64,000 bases of DNA from Escherichia coli (GCF_003334405.1 NZ_QOWM01000003.1), one strand, 5' to 3'; positions 40,588 through 56,667 are shown, counted from the first letter of the stretch. Notes: generated by a model not told the origin, from the letters alone. Program-made: numbers and translations.

Positions 40588-42416
40588 GTGATCAGTTTGA
40601 CGCAAAAGCGTTTTTAAAAACCGTAACCAGCCAGCCAGGCGTTTATCGCATGTACGATGCTGGTGGTACGGTTATCTATGTCGGCAAAGCGAAAGACCTG
40701 AAAAAACGGCTTTCCAGCTATTTCCGTAGCAACCTCGCTTCGCGCAAAACCGAAGCGCTGGTCGCCCAGATCCAGCAAATTGATGTAACGGTTACTCATA
40801 CAGAAACCGAAGCGCTGTTGCTGGAACACAACTACATCAAACTCTATCAGCCGCGTTACAACGTTTTACTACGCGATGATAAATCTTATCCCTTTATCTT
40901 CCTGAGTGGCGATACCCATCCGCGTCTGGCGATGCATCGTGGTGCGAAGCATGCTAAAGGTGAATATTTCGGCCCGTTCCCGAATGGCTATGCCGTACGT
41001 GAAACACTGGCGCTACTGCAAAAGATTTTCCCCATTCGCCAGTGCGAAAACAGTGTTTATCGCAATCGCTCGCGTCCGTGTCTGCAATATCAGATAGGAC
41101 GTTGTCTGGGGCCGTGCGTTGAAGGACTGGTGAGTGAAGAAGAATACGCTCAGCAGGTCGAGTATGTGCGCCTGTTTTTGTCTGGCAAAGATGATCAGGT
41201 GCTTACGCAACTGATTAGCCGTATGGAAACTGCCAGCCAGAATCTGGAGTTTGAAGAAGCTGCACGTATTCGCGACCAAATTCAGGCGGTGCGACGCGTC
41301 ACCGAAAAACAGTTTGTTTCCAATACCGGCGACGACCTTGACGTTATTGGTGTGGCGTTCGATGCGGGCATGGCTTGTGTCCACGTATTGTTCATTCGTC
41401 AGGGCAAAGTGCTCGGCAGCCGCAGCTATTTCCCGAAAGTGCCTGGCGGTACGGAACTGAGCGAGGTGGTGGAAACCTTCGTAGGTCAGTTCTATTTACA
41501 AGGCAGCCAGATGCGCACCTTACCGGGTGAGATCCTGCTCGATTTTAATCTTAGCGATAAAACGCTGCTCGCCGATTCCCTTTCAGAACTGGCGGGACGC
41601 AAGATTAATGTTCAAACCAAACCTCGCGGCGATAGGGCGCGTTATCTGAAACTCGCGCGCACCAATGCGGCGACGGCCTTAACCAGCAAACTTTCGCAGC
41701 AATCTACCGTTCACCAGCGACTGACCGCGCTTGCCAGCGTGTTGAAATTGCCGGAAGTGAAGCGGATGGAGTGCTTTGACATCAGCCATACCATGGGCGA
41801 ACAAACCGTCGCTTCCTGTGTGGTGTTTGATGCTAACGGCCCGCTGCGTGCGGAGTATCGGCGCTATAACATTACTGGCATCACGCCGGGCGATGATTAT
41901 GCGGCGATGAATCAGGTGCTGCGTCGGCGTTATGGTAAAGCCATTGACGACAGTAAGATCCCGGATGTGATCCTTATCGACGGCGGCAAAGGCCAGCTTG
42001 CGCAGGCGAAAAATGTCTTCGCCGAACTGGATGTCTCATGGGATAAAAATCATCCGCTGCTACTTGGCGTTGCCAAAGGAGCAGATCGTAAGGCTGGGCT
42101 GGAAACGCTGTTCTTTGAGCCGGAAGGTGAGGGATTTAGTTTGCCGCCAGATTCTCCCGCGCTGCATGTTATCCAGCATATTCGCGATGAATCACACGAT
42201 CACGCGATTGGCGGGCACCGTAAAAAACGGGCGAAGGTCAAAAATACCAGTTCCCTGGAAACCATTGAAGGCGTCGGGCCAAAACGTCGGCAAATGTTGT
42301 TGAAATATATGGGCGGTTTGCAAGGTTTACGTAACGCCAGCGTCGAGGAAATTGCAAAAGTGCCGGGTATTTCGCAAGGTCTGGCAGAAAAGATCTTCTG
42401 GTCGTTGAAACATTGA
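40584..42416 (+). CDS. uvrC: Excinuclease ABC subunit C UvrC
   Basis: 610 aa, N-terminal GIY-YIG motif ([18 protein letters not shown]), C-terminal helix-hairpin-helix. Confidence 0.97.
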
Positions 42417-42472
42417 TGTCTCTGTAGCAACATAGGGGTAATCTTACTGACAACAGATAGTTACCCGTCATT

Positions 42473-43021
42473 ATGCAATTTAATATCCCTACGTTGCTTA
42501 CACTGTTCCGTGTCATCCTTATCCCATTCTTTGTATTGGTCTTTTATCTGCCTGTCACCTGGTCGCCGTTTGCCGCCGCGCTCATTTTCTGCGTCGCGGC
42601 GGTGACTGACTGGTTTGATGGTTTTCTGGCACGCCGCTGGAACCAGAGTACCCGGTTTGGTGCTTTCCTTGACCCTGTCGCAGATAAAGTTCTCGTGGCT
42701 ATCGCCATGGTGCTGGTAACCGAGCATTATCACAGCTGGTGGGTGACCTTACCGGCGGCAACGATGATCGCCCGTGAAATTATTATTTCTGCGCTACGCG
42801 AATGGATGGCGGAGTTGGGTAAACGCAGTAGCGTGGCTGTCTCCTGGATTGGGAAAGTGAAAACTACGGCCCAGATGGTGGCGTTGGCCTGGCTGCTGTG
42901 GCGTCCGAACATTTGGGTTGAGTACGCCGGTATTGCACTTTTCTTTGTGGCTGCGGTACTGACTCTGTGGTCAATGTTGCAATATTTGAGCGCTGCGCGT
43001 GCAGATTTGCTTGATCAGTGA
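42473..43021 (+). CDS. pgsA: Phosphatidylglycerophosphate synthase PgsA
   Basis: 182 aa, CDP-alcohol phosphotransferase motif ([10 protein letters not shown]...). Confidence 0.95.
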
Positions 43022-43172
43022 TCGTTTCGGTGCAATTTTCAGCAAACGATCAAAAGTGGTGAAAAATATCGTTGACTCATCGCGCCAGGTAAGTAGAATG
43101 CAACGCATCGAACGGCGGCACTGATTGCCAGACGATAATAAAATCAAGTGATTAACTGATTGCTTGATGAAT

Positions 43173-43248
<76 letters not shown>

Positions 43249-43302
43249 GTTTAAAAGACATCGGCCTCAAGCGGATGTCTGGCTGAAAGGCCTGAAGAAT
43301 TT

Positions 43303-43376
43303 GGCGCGTTAACAAAGCGGTTATGTAGCGGATTGCAAATCCGTCTAGTCCGGTTCGACTCCGGAACGCGCCTCCA
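43303..43376 (+). tRNA. cysT: tRNA-Cys (GCA)
   Basis: 74 nt, anticodon loop ATTGCAAAT, 3' CCA. Confidence 0.95.
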
Positions 43377-43388
43377 CTTTCTTCCCGA

Positions 43389-43474
43389 GCCCGGATGGTG
43401 GAATCGGTAGACACAAGGGATTTAAAATCCCTCGGCGTTCGCGCTGTGCGGGTTCAAGTCCCGCTCCGGGTACC
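43389..43474 (+). tRNA. leuZ: tRNA-Leu (TAA)
   Basis: About 86 nt with long variable arm, anticodon loop ATTTAAAAT, 3' CCA. Confidence 0.93.
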
Positions 43475-43517
43475 ATGGGAAAGATAAGAATAAAATCAAA
43501 GCAATAAGCAGTGTCGT

Positions 43518-43542
43518 GAAACCACCTTCGGGTGGTTTTTTT
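43518..43542 (+). terminator. Intrinsic terminator after the tRNA cluster
   Basis: Hairpin AAACCACC ttcg GGTGGTTT plus T-run. Confidence 0.85.
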
Positions 43543-43670
43543 GTGCCTGCAACTTGTCGTTACACCCTCCTTAATTTTTAATCACCGGCAAAGCCACTCA
43601 AAAAGTATCTCTGATACGGACCGGCATGTAAGATAGGTGCTGGCGAGTTGAGATCCACAAGGAAAAGCGT

Positions 43671-44336
43671 ATGAAAACGGGACCGTTAAACGAAAGTGAG
43701 TTGGAATGGCTGGACGATATTCTGACCAAATACAACACTGACCACGCCATCCTTGATGTGGCGGAGCTGGACGGTTTATTGACGGCGGTGTTGAGTTCTC
43801 CGCAAGAGATTGAACCGGCACAGTGGCTGGTTGCCGTGTGGGGTGGGGCTGACTATGTGCCGCGCTGGGCGTCTGAGAAAGAGATGACACGCTTTATGAA
43901 CCTGGCCTTTCAACATATGGCCGATACCGCAGAGCGTCTGAACGAATTCCCGGAGCAGTTTGAGCCGCTATTCGGCTTGCGAGAAGTTGATGGCAGCGAG
44001 CTGACGATTGTTGAGGAGTGGTGCTTTGGCTATATGCGGGGCGTGGCACTTTCTGACTGGTCAACATTGCCCGATTCGTTAAAACCAGCGCTGGAGGCGA
44101 TAGCGCTGCACGGTACTGAGGACAACTTCGAGCGGGTAGAGAAGATGTCGCCAGAAGCGTTTGAAGAGAGCGTAGATGCCATTCGACTGGCGGCGCTTGA
44201 TTTACATGCATACTGGATGGCGCATCCGCAGGAAAAAGCTGTTCAGCAACCGATCAAAGCAGAAGAGAAACCGGGGCGTAACGATCCTTGTCCGTGCGGC
44301 AGTGGTAAGAAATTTAAGCAGTGCTGCCTGCATTAA
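43671..44336 (+). CDS. yecA: SEC-C-motif protein YecA
   Basis: 221 aa ending in zinc motif [13 protein letters not shown]. Confidence 0.9.
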   Translation: MKTGPLNESELEWLDDILTKYNTDHAILDVAELDGLLTAVLSSPQEIEPAQWLVAVWGGADYVPRWASEKEMTRFMNLAFQHMADTAERLNEFPEQFEPLFGLREVDGSELTIVEEWCFGYMRGVALSDWSTLPDSLKPALEAIALHGTEDNFERVEKMSPEAFEESVDAIRLAALDLHAYWMAHPQEKAVQQPIKAEEKPGRNDPCPCGSGKKFKQCCLH

Positions 44337-44397
44337 GAAGTCAAATTGGGTGTCAGCGTTAATTCTGGCACCCAATAAGGAATTTGAGGCTATCTGA

Positions 44398-45609
44398 TCA
44401 CCCCACTTCTGGTAACAACCCTGCCGCAATCAAAAATTGCACGCCAATCACAGCAATACCACAGAGAAACACCACCACCAGCGCCGGACGACCACCTTTC
44501 ACCCGGTAACCCGCCTGAGGATTGTGCTTTCTGCTTTGCCAGGTCAATAGTGAAGGGATAATCAATGCCAGTACCGCCAGCGCCACACCGGCGTAACCCA
44601 GCGCCATCACAAATCCTCGTGGATAAAACAGTGCAAACGCCAACGGCGGCAGAAAGGTAATTGCACCAGTTTGCAATCGTCCACCAACGGTATTTGAACG
44701 CTGAAACAAATCAGCCAGATAATCAAATAAGCCTAACGCAACGCCGAGAAATGACGTGGCGAGGGCTAAATCAGCAAATAAATGCACTGCCAGCTCAACA
44801 TGCGGAGAGGCCACCATTTCGCGTAACGCCTGTAACAGCCCGTTTAATCCGGCATGATTAGCCAGCAATCCCATAAAGGTTGTTGAATCAATGCTGCCAA
44901 GCGTCGCCACCTGCCAGAAAATATATGCCACCAGGGGGATCGCACTACCGGTTATAAACACCCAGCGTAGCTTACGAACGTTGCCATCCATATAGCTGAC
45001 AATACTCGGCACGCTACCGTGAAAACCAAACGAGGTAAAAATCACCGGGATTGCGGACAGAGCCAGCCCCTGTTGCAACGGCAGGGTTAAAAGATTCACT
45101 TTGTGAATATGCGGTAGCAGCAATACCAGCATCACCACCAGAAAAATAATTTTGGCGCTGAACAGAAAACGGTTAAACAAATCGACCAGCGATGTCCCGA
45201 CACAAACCACGCCACCGGCAACAAAAGTGAACAACAGCACGCCAGCGGTTGCCGACATTGAAATACCTGTCCAGTCGCTGATGCTGGAGGCCAACAATTC
45301 ACCGGCACCGCTGATGTATGCCGCAGTCAGAGCATACATTAAGAACATCATACTGAAGCCCGTCAGCCACTGACCGTAGCGTCCCAGATAGCGTTTTGCC
45401 AGCGTGCCAAGACCGGTATCTGCCGGAACATGCTGGTACACCTCCAGCAGTAATAGCGCCGTGTAGCACATCAACGCCCAAAGCCCAATCAACAAGATTA
45501 ACGTAACGCTAAAACCAACACCGGCCGCAGCCAGCGGCATTGCCAGCATGCCTGCGCCAATTGTGGTTCCCGCCACGATAAAAACACTTCCCAGAGTTCT
45601 GTTTTTCAC
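44398..45609 (-). CDS. tyrP: Tyrosine-specific permease TyrP
   Basis: 403-aa polytopic aromatic amino-acid permease. Confidence 0.95.
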   Translation of the reverse strand: MKNRTLGSVFIVAGTTIGAGMLAMPLAAAGVGFSVTLILLIGLWALMCYTALLLLEVYQHVPADTGLGTLAKRYLGRYGQWLTGFSMMFLMYALTAAYISGAGELLASSISDWTGISMSATAGVLLFTFVAGGVVCVGTSLVDLFNRFLFSAKIIFLVVMLVLLLPHIHKVNLLTLPLQQGLALSAIPVIFTSFGFHGSVPSIVSYMDGNVRKLRWVFITGSAIPLVAYIFWQVATLGSIDSTTFMGLLANHAGLNGLLQALREMVASPHVELAVHLFADLALATSFLGVALGLFDYLADLFQRSNTVGGRLQTGAITFLPPLAFALFYPRGFVMALGYAGVALAVLALIIPSLLTWQSRKHNPQAGYRVKGGRPALVVVFLCGIAVIGVQFLIAAGLLPEVG

Positions 45610-45798
45610 GCTTTCTTCTGTCCTGACGATCTTTATGAGTGATATCTGCGGCGCAGGTTAAGGCATAACGGCTGCTTCGTCAAACCGACGTTACATATAG
45701 TGTAAATATAAATGTACAATAAAAGCGTTTAGTTCTGCGCTGGCGCAAAGTCTTCATAAGCGGCAATCGCTACGCTAGGCTTTTTTTGAGGAGGAACG

Positions 45799-46038
45799 AT
45801 GGACTCTATTCACGGTCATGAAGTGTTAAATATGATGATTGAATCAGGCGAGCAATATACGCATGCCAGTCTGGAAGCAGCAATTAAAGCGCGTTTTGGT
45901 GAACAGGCACGTTTTCACACCTGCTCGGCAGAAGGGATGACTGCGGGAGAGCTGGTAGCGTTTCTGGCAGCAAAAGGCAAATTTATACCTTCAGAAGAAG
46001 GTTTTTCGACCGATCAGAGTAAGATTTGCCGTCACTGA
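45799..46038 (+). CDS. yecH: Small protein YecH
   Basis: 79-aa ORF. Confidence 0.8.
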   Translation: MDSIHGHEVLNMMIESGEQYTHASLEAAIKARFGEQARFHTCSAEGMTAGELVAFLAAKGKFIPSEEGFSTDQSKICRH

Positions 46039-46075
46039 TTTGAAACGGCGGCAGAAAACCTGCCGCCTGAGAGCA

Positions 46076-46573
46076 TTAGTTTTGTGTGTCGAGGGTAGAG
46101 AGTTCTTTGTCGATAAAATACAGACCTTCGCCGCTTTTGCCTGCCAGGCTTAATTTATCAATAATCGATTTGAACAGTTTCTCTTCTTCATGCTGCTCAG
46201 AAACATACCATTGCAGGAAATTAAATGTTGGGTAGTCCTGATTGGTCATTGCAGCATGAGCCAGTTCGTTAATTTTCTGCGTGATTAATTGTTCGTGTTT
46301 ATAGGTTTCCTGGAATAATTCATCAAGTGAGGAATATTCAGCAAACGGAGATTCAACGGTATTAATACGCGGTAAATTGCCGGTATCAGTCAGGTAATCA
46401 AACAGACGCTGCATATGCGTCATCTCTTCCTGGGCGTGACGGCGCAGGAACGCGGCAGCACCTTCGAAGGTATGATAGCTGCACCAGGCGCTCATTTGCT
46501 GATAAAGCAGTGAAGAGTACAGTTCCAGGTTCATCTGCTCATTAAGTTTTTCAATCATTTCTGGTTTCAGCAT
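46076..46573 (-). CDS. ftnA: Ferritin FtnA
   Basis: 165 aa from [21 protein letters not shown] with ferritin di-iron ligands. Confidence 0.95.
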
Positions 46574-46743
46574 GATAGTGCTCCACAAAGGTTATATTTG
46601 TTGCTGTGGCGTCACTATAATTTGTTATTTTATTATTTGCAAAAGGTAAAATATAAACTTCAATTATTAAAAATACGAATGGGAATAAAACGCATTACCG
46701 CTATTTCTTTAATCAGCGAAGATCCCCTCGCTGATTAAAATAT

Positions 46744-47067
46744 TTAGAGAAAGACAGGGAAGGCGGAATGATGGCACTGATATGACAAAGTGAATTCCGT
46801 ATTCAAACATAAGGAACCCGCAAAAAGGCTACAGTTGCCTACTGGCTGACCAAAGGGGACCGCGTGGGTATAGCCTTCCTGCTGGCATGCGCGATCGGCG
46901 ATCCCGCGACTGACATAACGATCGGTATGGGCATGCTGCAAAAAAGCCTGGTCATAAACTAACCGTACAATACCTGTTGCCGCGTCAACTTCGCTCACAT
47001 GGGCCTGGCGAGTAACCGTACACCCCGCCAGCGTTATTAATGAAAGAGTCAGAATCAGAAGTCTCAT
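46744..47067 (-). CDS. yecR: Lipoprotein YecR
   Basis: 107 aa with signal peptide and lipobox LAGC. Confidence 0.85.
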   Translation of the reverse strand: MRLLILTLSLITLAGCTVTRQAHVSEVDAATGIVRLVYDQAFLQHAHTDRYVSRGIADRACQQEGYTHAVPFGQPVGNCSLFAGSLCLNTEFTLSYQCHHSAFPVFL

Positions 47068-47327
47068 GGTCCAGCCAGAAGAGTAAGAGAAAGCACTATT
47101 TTACGCGTTACAGTGCTGCGACAATGGCCGGAAAAGACGCCTGGCAGGCGCTATTTCTTGCCATCTGTAGGTGTCAGAAATAGGGGGCTGTTTTTTGATT
47201 ATCATTTTTATAACATTAAAGGGGTATTTATGTGATTTGCATCACATAAAGATTGATTTTTGTGATGGTTGTCATATTATAAGCGCAAAGACAATAACAC
47301 CTGTATAACAAATAGTCGGAGTGCCGC

Positions 47328-47414
47328 GATGAAACTGCGCAAAATCCTGAAAAGTATGTTCAATAACTATTGCAAGACGTTCAAAGACGTACCGCCAGGC
47401 AATATGTTCCGATA
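47328..47414 (+). CDS. azuC: 28-aa small protein AzuC
   Basis: ATG AAA CTG CGC AAA ATC CTG... encodes MKLRKILKSMFNNYCKTFKDVPPGNMFR; terminator immediately downstream. Confidence 0.85.
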
Positions 47415-47421
47415 ACAAAAA

Positions 47422-47444
47422 ACCTGCTCCGGCAGGTTTTTTTG
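47422..47444 (+). terminator. Intrinsic terminator of azuC
   Basis: Hairpin ACCTGC tccg GCAGGT followed by T7. Confidence 0.8.
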
Positions 47445-47529
47445 TGTCCTGATGACGGTGGATGTGACTATCGCTGAAGATGTGAAGCCGCTACTATAAC
47501 GGCTTTCAAAATGCTATCAGGAGTTTACG

Positions 47530-47781
47530 ATGTCCCAGCCGCTGAATGCCGATCAGGAACTGGTTTCTGATGTGGTTGCTTGCCAGTTGGTTATCAAACA
47601 AATTCTGGATGTTCTCGATGTAATCGCGCCCGTTGAAGTTCGTGAAAAAATGTCCAGTCAGCTGAAGAATATCGACTTTACTAACCATCCCGCCGCCGCA
47701 GACCCGGTCACCATGCGGGCAATCCAAAAAGCCATCGCGCTTATTGAACTCAAGTTTACCCCACAGGGTGAATCCCATTAA
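47530..47781 (+). CDS. yecJ: Small protein YecJ
   Basis: 83-aa ORF. Confidence 0.85.
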
Positions 47782-47859
47782 AAAAACCGCTGCTTCAAAC
47801 AGATGAGGCAGCGGTTTCTCAAAACCTTCATCGGCGCAATGCATTAGCGCCGATGATGA

Positions 47860-48363
47860 TCAATGCAGCTGGTGTGACACGACATTCAGAACATGTTGGT
47901 CGGTCTGCACAGGGCACATACCCGCAAGTTTCGCACTGCGCACTTCATCAAGAATGGTTTGCAGCAACAGACCATCATGCTGCTGTTCTTTTTCCAGATC
48001 GCGCAGGAAATTGACGGTTGAATCATCATTCAGTTCTTTCGCTTCATCGGCTAACTGTGCCAACGTACTAGAACGTTGCTCGTATTCTTCCATCGTTTTT
48101 TGGAACAGTTCTTCCAGAGAGTTCAGTTTTTCACCGGGAACATCAATGGCTTTAACGATGGGGGTAGCGCCGACACTCTTCATAAAGTTAAACATGCGCA
48201 TCATTTGGGTCACATTACTCTGTGCCTGGGCGCGAAGGAAAGTGGCGGTGCCGTTCAGACTCTGTTCAGAACACCAGTTACTCAGGTGAAGGTAGAGATT
48301 GGATGCGTAAAACTCGCGGTTCATTTGAGAGTTGAGTTTGAGAAGCATTCCAGCGGTTGCCAT
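47860..48363 (-). CDS. ftnB: Ferritin-like protein FtnB
   Basis: 167-aa ferritin-fold protein. Confidence 0.92.
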   Translation of the reverse strand: MATAGMLLKLNSQMNREFYASNLYLHLSNWCSEQSLNGTATFLRAQAQSNVTQMMRMFNFMKSVGATPIVKAIDVPGEKLNSLEELFQKTMEEYEQRSSTLAQLADEAKELNDDSTVNFLRDLEKEQQHDGLLLQTILDEVRSAKLAGMCPVQTDQHVLNVVSHQLH

Positions 48364-49159
48364 ACCTAATATCCTTATATCCAGAAGTGGAGAGGTGCAA
48401 GATAAATCAAAACACCATAATTACTGTTTGCAGAATAATTCCTTTCTGCCGGTCCGAAATGTGATCGTGGAGTCAATTCTGACGATGATCTGAAATAAGA
48501 ATAACGTCTGAACGGGTATAAGAAAATGCTTAAATCATCAAGTTTATATATTTTTACATTTCATTGATGAAATCAATGTAACTGCAATGAATTTTAATGA
48601 TAGTGCTTTTTGTATCTTGTTGATATTAATCAATGAATTTGAATTCATGATGAAGTGATGATTTTATAAAACGTTTTTTCATTTTTGCGAGATGGCTCTC
48701 ATTATACGTGTTCTGTTAATTAATGAGCACAGTGATAATTAATGACGAAATGAATGACGTGCATTTTCCACATCTTTGAGTTGCGGTTATTACACCATTT
48801 CAAAAACTCAACGCCAGGTAATGCGGCCTATTGACTGGTTAAAAAGAAGACATCCCGCATGGGTACCAAAGACAACAAGGATTTCCAGGCTAATCTTATG
48901 GATTAATCTGCTGTGCATTCGACAATTTGTCTGACAAATTGGCTTTCCCTTATGTCTTTTCCCGCTAAATTTATGCACGTTCTCACTGTAATTCTGCGAT
49001 GTGATATTGCTCTCCTATGGAGAATTAATTTCTCGCTAAAACTATGTCAACACAGTCACTTATCTTTTAGTTAAAAGGTAATGCTTTGTTTTCCGATTAA
49101 TTTAACGAATGTCATTCGTTTTTGCCCTACACAAAACGACACTAAAGCTGGAGAGAACC

Positions 49160-50149
49160 ATGCACAAATTTACTAAAGCCCTGGCAGCCATTGGTCTGGC
49201 AGCCGTTATGTCACAATCCGCTATGGCGGAGAACCTGAAGCTCGGTTTTCTGGTGAAGCAACCGGAAGAGCCGTGGTTCCAGACCGAATGGAAGTTTGCC
49301 GATAAAGCCGGGAAGGATTTAGGGTTTGAGGTTATTAAGATTGCCGTGCCGGATGGCGAAAAAACATTGAACGCGATCGACAGCCTGGCTGCCAGTGGCG
49401 CAAAAGGTTTCGTTATTTGTACTCCGGACCCCAAACTCGGCTCTGCCATCGTCGCGAAAGCGCGTGGCTACGATATGAAAGTCATTGCCGTGGATGACCA
49501 GTTTGTTAACGCCAAAGGTAAGCCAATGGATACCGTTCCGCTGGTGATGATGGCGGCGACTAAAATTGGCGAACGTCAGGGCCAGGAACTGTATAAAGAG
49601 ATGCAGAAACGTGGCTGGGATGTCAAAGAAAGCGCGGTGATGGCGATTACCGCCAACGAACTGGATACCGCCCGCCGCCGTACTACGGGATCTATGGATG
49701 CGCTGAAAGCGGCCGGATTCCCGGAAAAACAAATTTATCAGGTACCTACCAAATCTAACGACATCCCGGGGGCATTTGACGCTGCCAACTCAATGCTGGT
49801 TCAACATCCGGAAGTTAAACATTGGCTGATCGTCGGTATGAACGACAGCACCGTGCTGGGCGGCGTACGCGCGACGGAAGGTCAGGGCTTTAAAGCGGCC
49901 GATATCATCGGCATTGGCATTAACGGTGTGGATGCGGTGAGCGAACTGTCTAAAGCACAGGCAACCGGCTTCTACGGTTCCCTGCTGCCAAGCCCGGACG
50001 TACATGGCTATAAATCCAGCGAAATGCTTTACAACTGGGTAGCAAAAGACGTTGAACCGCCAAAATTTACCGAAGTTACCGACGTGGTACTGATCACGCG
50101 TGACAACTTTAAAGAAGAACTGGAGAAAAAAGGTTTAGGCGGTAAGTAA
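49160..50149 (+). CDS. araF: L-arabinose-binding periplasmic protein AraF
   Basis: 329 aa from MHKFTKALAAIGLAAVMSQSAMA. Confidence 0.97.
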   Translation: MHKFTKALAAIGLAAVMSQSAMAENLKLGFLVKQPEEPWFQTEWKFADKAGKDLGFEVIKIAVPDGEKTLNAIDSLAASGAKGFVICTPDPKLGSAIVAKARGYDMKVIAVDDQFVNAKGKPMDTVPLVMMAATKIGERQGQELYKEMQKRGWDVKESAVMAITANELDTARRRTTGSMDALKAAGFPEKQIYQVPTKSNDIPGAFDAANSMLVQHPEVKHWLIVGMNDSTVLGGVRATEGQGFKAADIIGIGINGVDAVSELSKAQATGFYGSLLPSPDVHGYKSSEMLYNWVAKDVEPPKFTEVTDVVLITRDNFKEELEKKGLGGK

Positions 50150-50218
50150 TTTGCCGGAAAAATTCCCCTCTGCATGATGCAGAGGGGGTGTGAACGACCA
50201 GTGATTCACGGAGACGTT

Positions 50219-51733
50219 ATGCAACAGTCTACCCCGTATCTCTCATTTCGCGGCATCGGTAAAACGTTTCCCGGCGTTAAGGCGCTGACGGATATTAGTT
50301 TTGACTGCTATGCCGGTCAGGTTCATGCGTTGATGGGTGAAAATGGCGCAGGAAAATCAACTCTCTTAAAAATCCTCAGCGGCAACTATGCGCCAACCAC
50401 GGGTTCTGTAGTGATTAATGGGCAGGAAATGTCCTTTTCCGACACGACCGCAGCACTTAACGCGGGCGTGGCGATTATTTACCAGGAACTGCATCTCGTG
50501 CCGGAAATGACCGTCGCGGAAAACATCTATCTCGGCCAGCTGCCGCATAAAGGCGGCATTGTGAATCGCTCATTGCTGAATTATGAGGCGGGTTTACAAC
50601 TTAAACATCTTGGTATGGATATTGACCCGGACACGCCGCTGAAATATCTCTCCATTGGTCAGTGGCAGATGGTTGAAATCGCCAAAGCGCTGGCGCGTAA
50701 CGCCAAAATTATCGCCTTTGATGAGCCAACCAGCTCCCTCTCTGCCCGTGAAATCGACAATCTTTTCCGCGTTATTCGTGAACTGCGAAAAGAGGGGCGG
50801 GTAATCTTATACGTTTCTCACCGTATGGAAGAAATATTTGCCCTCAGCGATGCCATTACTGTCTTTAAAGATGGACGTTATGTCAAAACCTTTACCGATA
50901 TGCAGCAGGTTGACCACGACGCGCTGGTGCAGGCGATGGTCGGGCGCGACATTGGCGATATCTACGGCTGGCAACCGCGTAGTTATGGCGAGGAGCGCCT
51001 ACGTCTTGATGCTGTGAAAGCACCAGGCGTGCGTACGCCAATAAGTCTGGCGGTTCGCAGTGGTGAAATTGTTGGGCTGTTTGGTCTGGTAGGGGCGGGG
51101 CGTAGCGAATTAATGAAAGGCATGTTTGGCGGGACGCAAATCACCGCCGGTCAGGTTTATATCGACCAACAGCCGATCGATATTCGTAAACCGAGCCACG
51201 CCATTGCCGCAGGCATGATGCTCTGCCCGGAAGATCGCAAAGCGGAAGGCATTATTCCCGTGCACTCCGTTCGCGACAATATCAACATCAGTGCCAGACG
51301 TAAACATGTGCTCGGCGGTTGTGTAATCAACAACGGTTGGGAAGAAAACAATGCCGATCACCACATTCGTTCGCTCAACATCAAAACGCCGGGCGCGGAG
51401 CAACTGATCATGAATCTCTCAGGCGGAAATCAGCAAAAAGCCATTCTGGGCCGCTGGTTATCGGAAGAGATGAAGGTCATTTTGCTGGATGAACCTACGC
51501 GCGGCATTGATGTTGGCGCTAAGCACGAAATATATAACGTAATTTATGCGCTGGCGGCGCAGGGCGTGGCGGTGCTGTTTGCCTCCAGCGACTTACCTGA
51601 AGTCCTCGGCGTTGCCGACCGGATTGTGGTGATGCGGGAAGGTGAAATCGCCGGTGAATTGTTACACGAGCAGGCAGATGAGCGTCAGGCACTGAGCCTT
51701 GCGATGCCTAAAGTCAGCCAGGCTGTTGCCTGA
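50219..51733 (+). CDS. araG: L-arabinose ABC transporter ATPase AraG
   Basis: 504 aa with two ABC cassettes ([17 protein letters not shown]). Confidence 0.97.
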
Positions 51734-51747
51734 GTAAGGAGAGTATG

Positions 51748-55100
<3,353 letters not shown>

Positions 55101-55106
55101 GAGCGG

Positions 55107-55535
55107 TTAATCTCCCGTAAGTGGAACTAACAGCACATCGACCTCACTTGAGGCAATAACTCTTTTCGCCGAGCAGGATGCTCGCGAAAAGAAACTGTGA
55201 TTGTGATTACCGCAAATCACCAAATCGAAATGATGCTTGTGACATACTTCCAGAATATGTTCGCTTAACTCACCGTAGGCAATAAACGTCTTGTCAACGG
55301 GATACCCCGCATCCTGAATTAACTTATCAAGAAAGCTTTGCGTTTCTTCCTGCATCACGCTGCGTAAATCTTCAAGCATCGGCGCAGCTAATTGATTGTA
55401 CATTTCCGGGTCGGAAGCGAGAGTAATTAAACTGATGTGTCCCTTTACTGGCCTGGCGATAGATACCGCTTTTGCCAGCAGTTGCTGACTTTCCGGTGTA
55501 ACCGCAACAGCGACAAGAATATTGCTATAGCTCAT
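55107..55535 (-). CDS. uspC: Universal stress protein UspC
   Basis: 142-aa Usp-fold protein. Confidence 0.93.
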   Translation of the reverse strand: MSYSNILVAVAVTPESQQLLAKAVSIARPVKGHISLITLASDPEMYNQLAAPMLEDLRSVMQEETQSFLDKLIQDAGYPVDKTFIAYGELSEHILEVCHKHHFDLVICGNHNHSFFSRASCSAKRVIASSEVDVLLVPLTGD

Positions 55536-56314
55536 AACCTGTTCCTTATTCTGTGAACTTCAGGTGACATTAAAGCTTTACTCCTAATGGAGAAACGACG
55601 CAATCCCAACTCGGTCAAACAGGTAAATATTAGTCTGATTATTAGTAAAGACAATTAATCAATCACTCCCGGTGATCATATAATTTCAAATGTAATTATA
55701 AGAAAATAGTGTACTGATTCTCCGCATTAAACAAGTGGTTAATATATGTAAAACATTTCATTAACATTAAGTTGATTGTTGCCTTTCTTTGTATTTAATT
55801 AGTTTGTTGTGCGGTAAGTGTCTGTTTAAAAATAGCTTATCTGGTATTGCATGAAAGTGATTATTTATAGCAGATGATTATTTACGGTGAGTTATTTTGA
55901 CTGTGCGCAACATCCCATTTCGATTATTCCTGTTTCATTTTTGCTTGCTAGCGTAGCGAAAAACTTTTTAACAGATTGAAATACACCCAAAACAAAAGTA
56001 TGACTTATACATTTATGTTAAGTAATTGAGTGTTTTGTGTGATCTGCATCACGCATTATTGAAAATCGCAGCCCCCCTCCGTTGTATGTGCGTGTAGTGA
56101 CGAGTACAGTTGCGTCGATTTAGGAAAAATCTTAGATAAGTGTAAAGACCCATTTCTATTTGTAAGGACATATTAAACCAAAAAGGTGGTTCTGCTTATT
56201 GCAGCTTATCGCAACTATTCTAATGCTAATTATTTTTTACCGGGGCTTCCCGGCGACATCACGGGGTGCGGTGAAACCGCATAAAAATAAAGTTGGTTAT
56301 TCTGGGTGGGAATA
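55536..56314 (+). promoter_or_regulatory. flhDC control region (promoter and long 5' UTR)
   Basis: 779-bp AT-rich non-coding interval with no ORF and no IS sequence. Confidence 0.8.
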
Positions 56315-56665
56315 ATGCATACCTCCGAGTTGCTGAAACACATTTATGACATCAACTTGTCATATTTACTACTTGCACAGCGTTTGATTGTTCAGGACAA
56401 AGCGTCCGCTATGTTTCGTCTCGGCATAAATGAAGAAATGGCGACAACGTTAGCGGCACTGACTCTTCCGCAAATGGTTAAGCTGGCAGAAACCAATCAA
56501 CTGGTTTGTCACTTCCGTTTTGACAGCCACCAGACGATTACTCAGTTGACGCAAGATTCCCGCGTTGACGATCTCCAGCAAATTCATACCGGCATCATGC
56601 TCTCAACACGCTTGCTGAATGATGTTAATCAGCCTGAAGAAGCGCTGCGCAAGAAAAGGGCCTGA
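56315..56665 (+). CDS. flhD: Flagellar master regulator FlhD
   Basis: 116 aa from [24 protein letters not shown]. Confidence 0.97.
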
Positions 56666-56667
56666 TC

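Noticed and set aside
55536-56305. Possible IS1 or IS5 insertion upstream of flhD, as in K-12 laboratory strains
   Set aside because: The interval does not contain IS1-like sequence or any transposase ORF; it is native AT-rich regulatory DNA.
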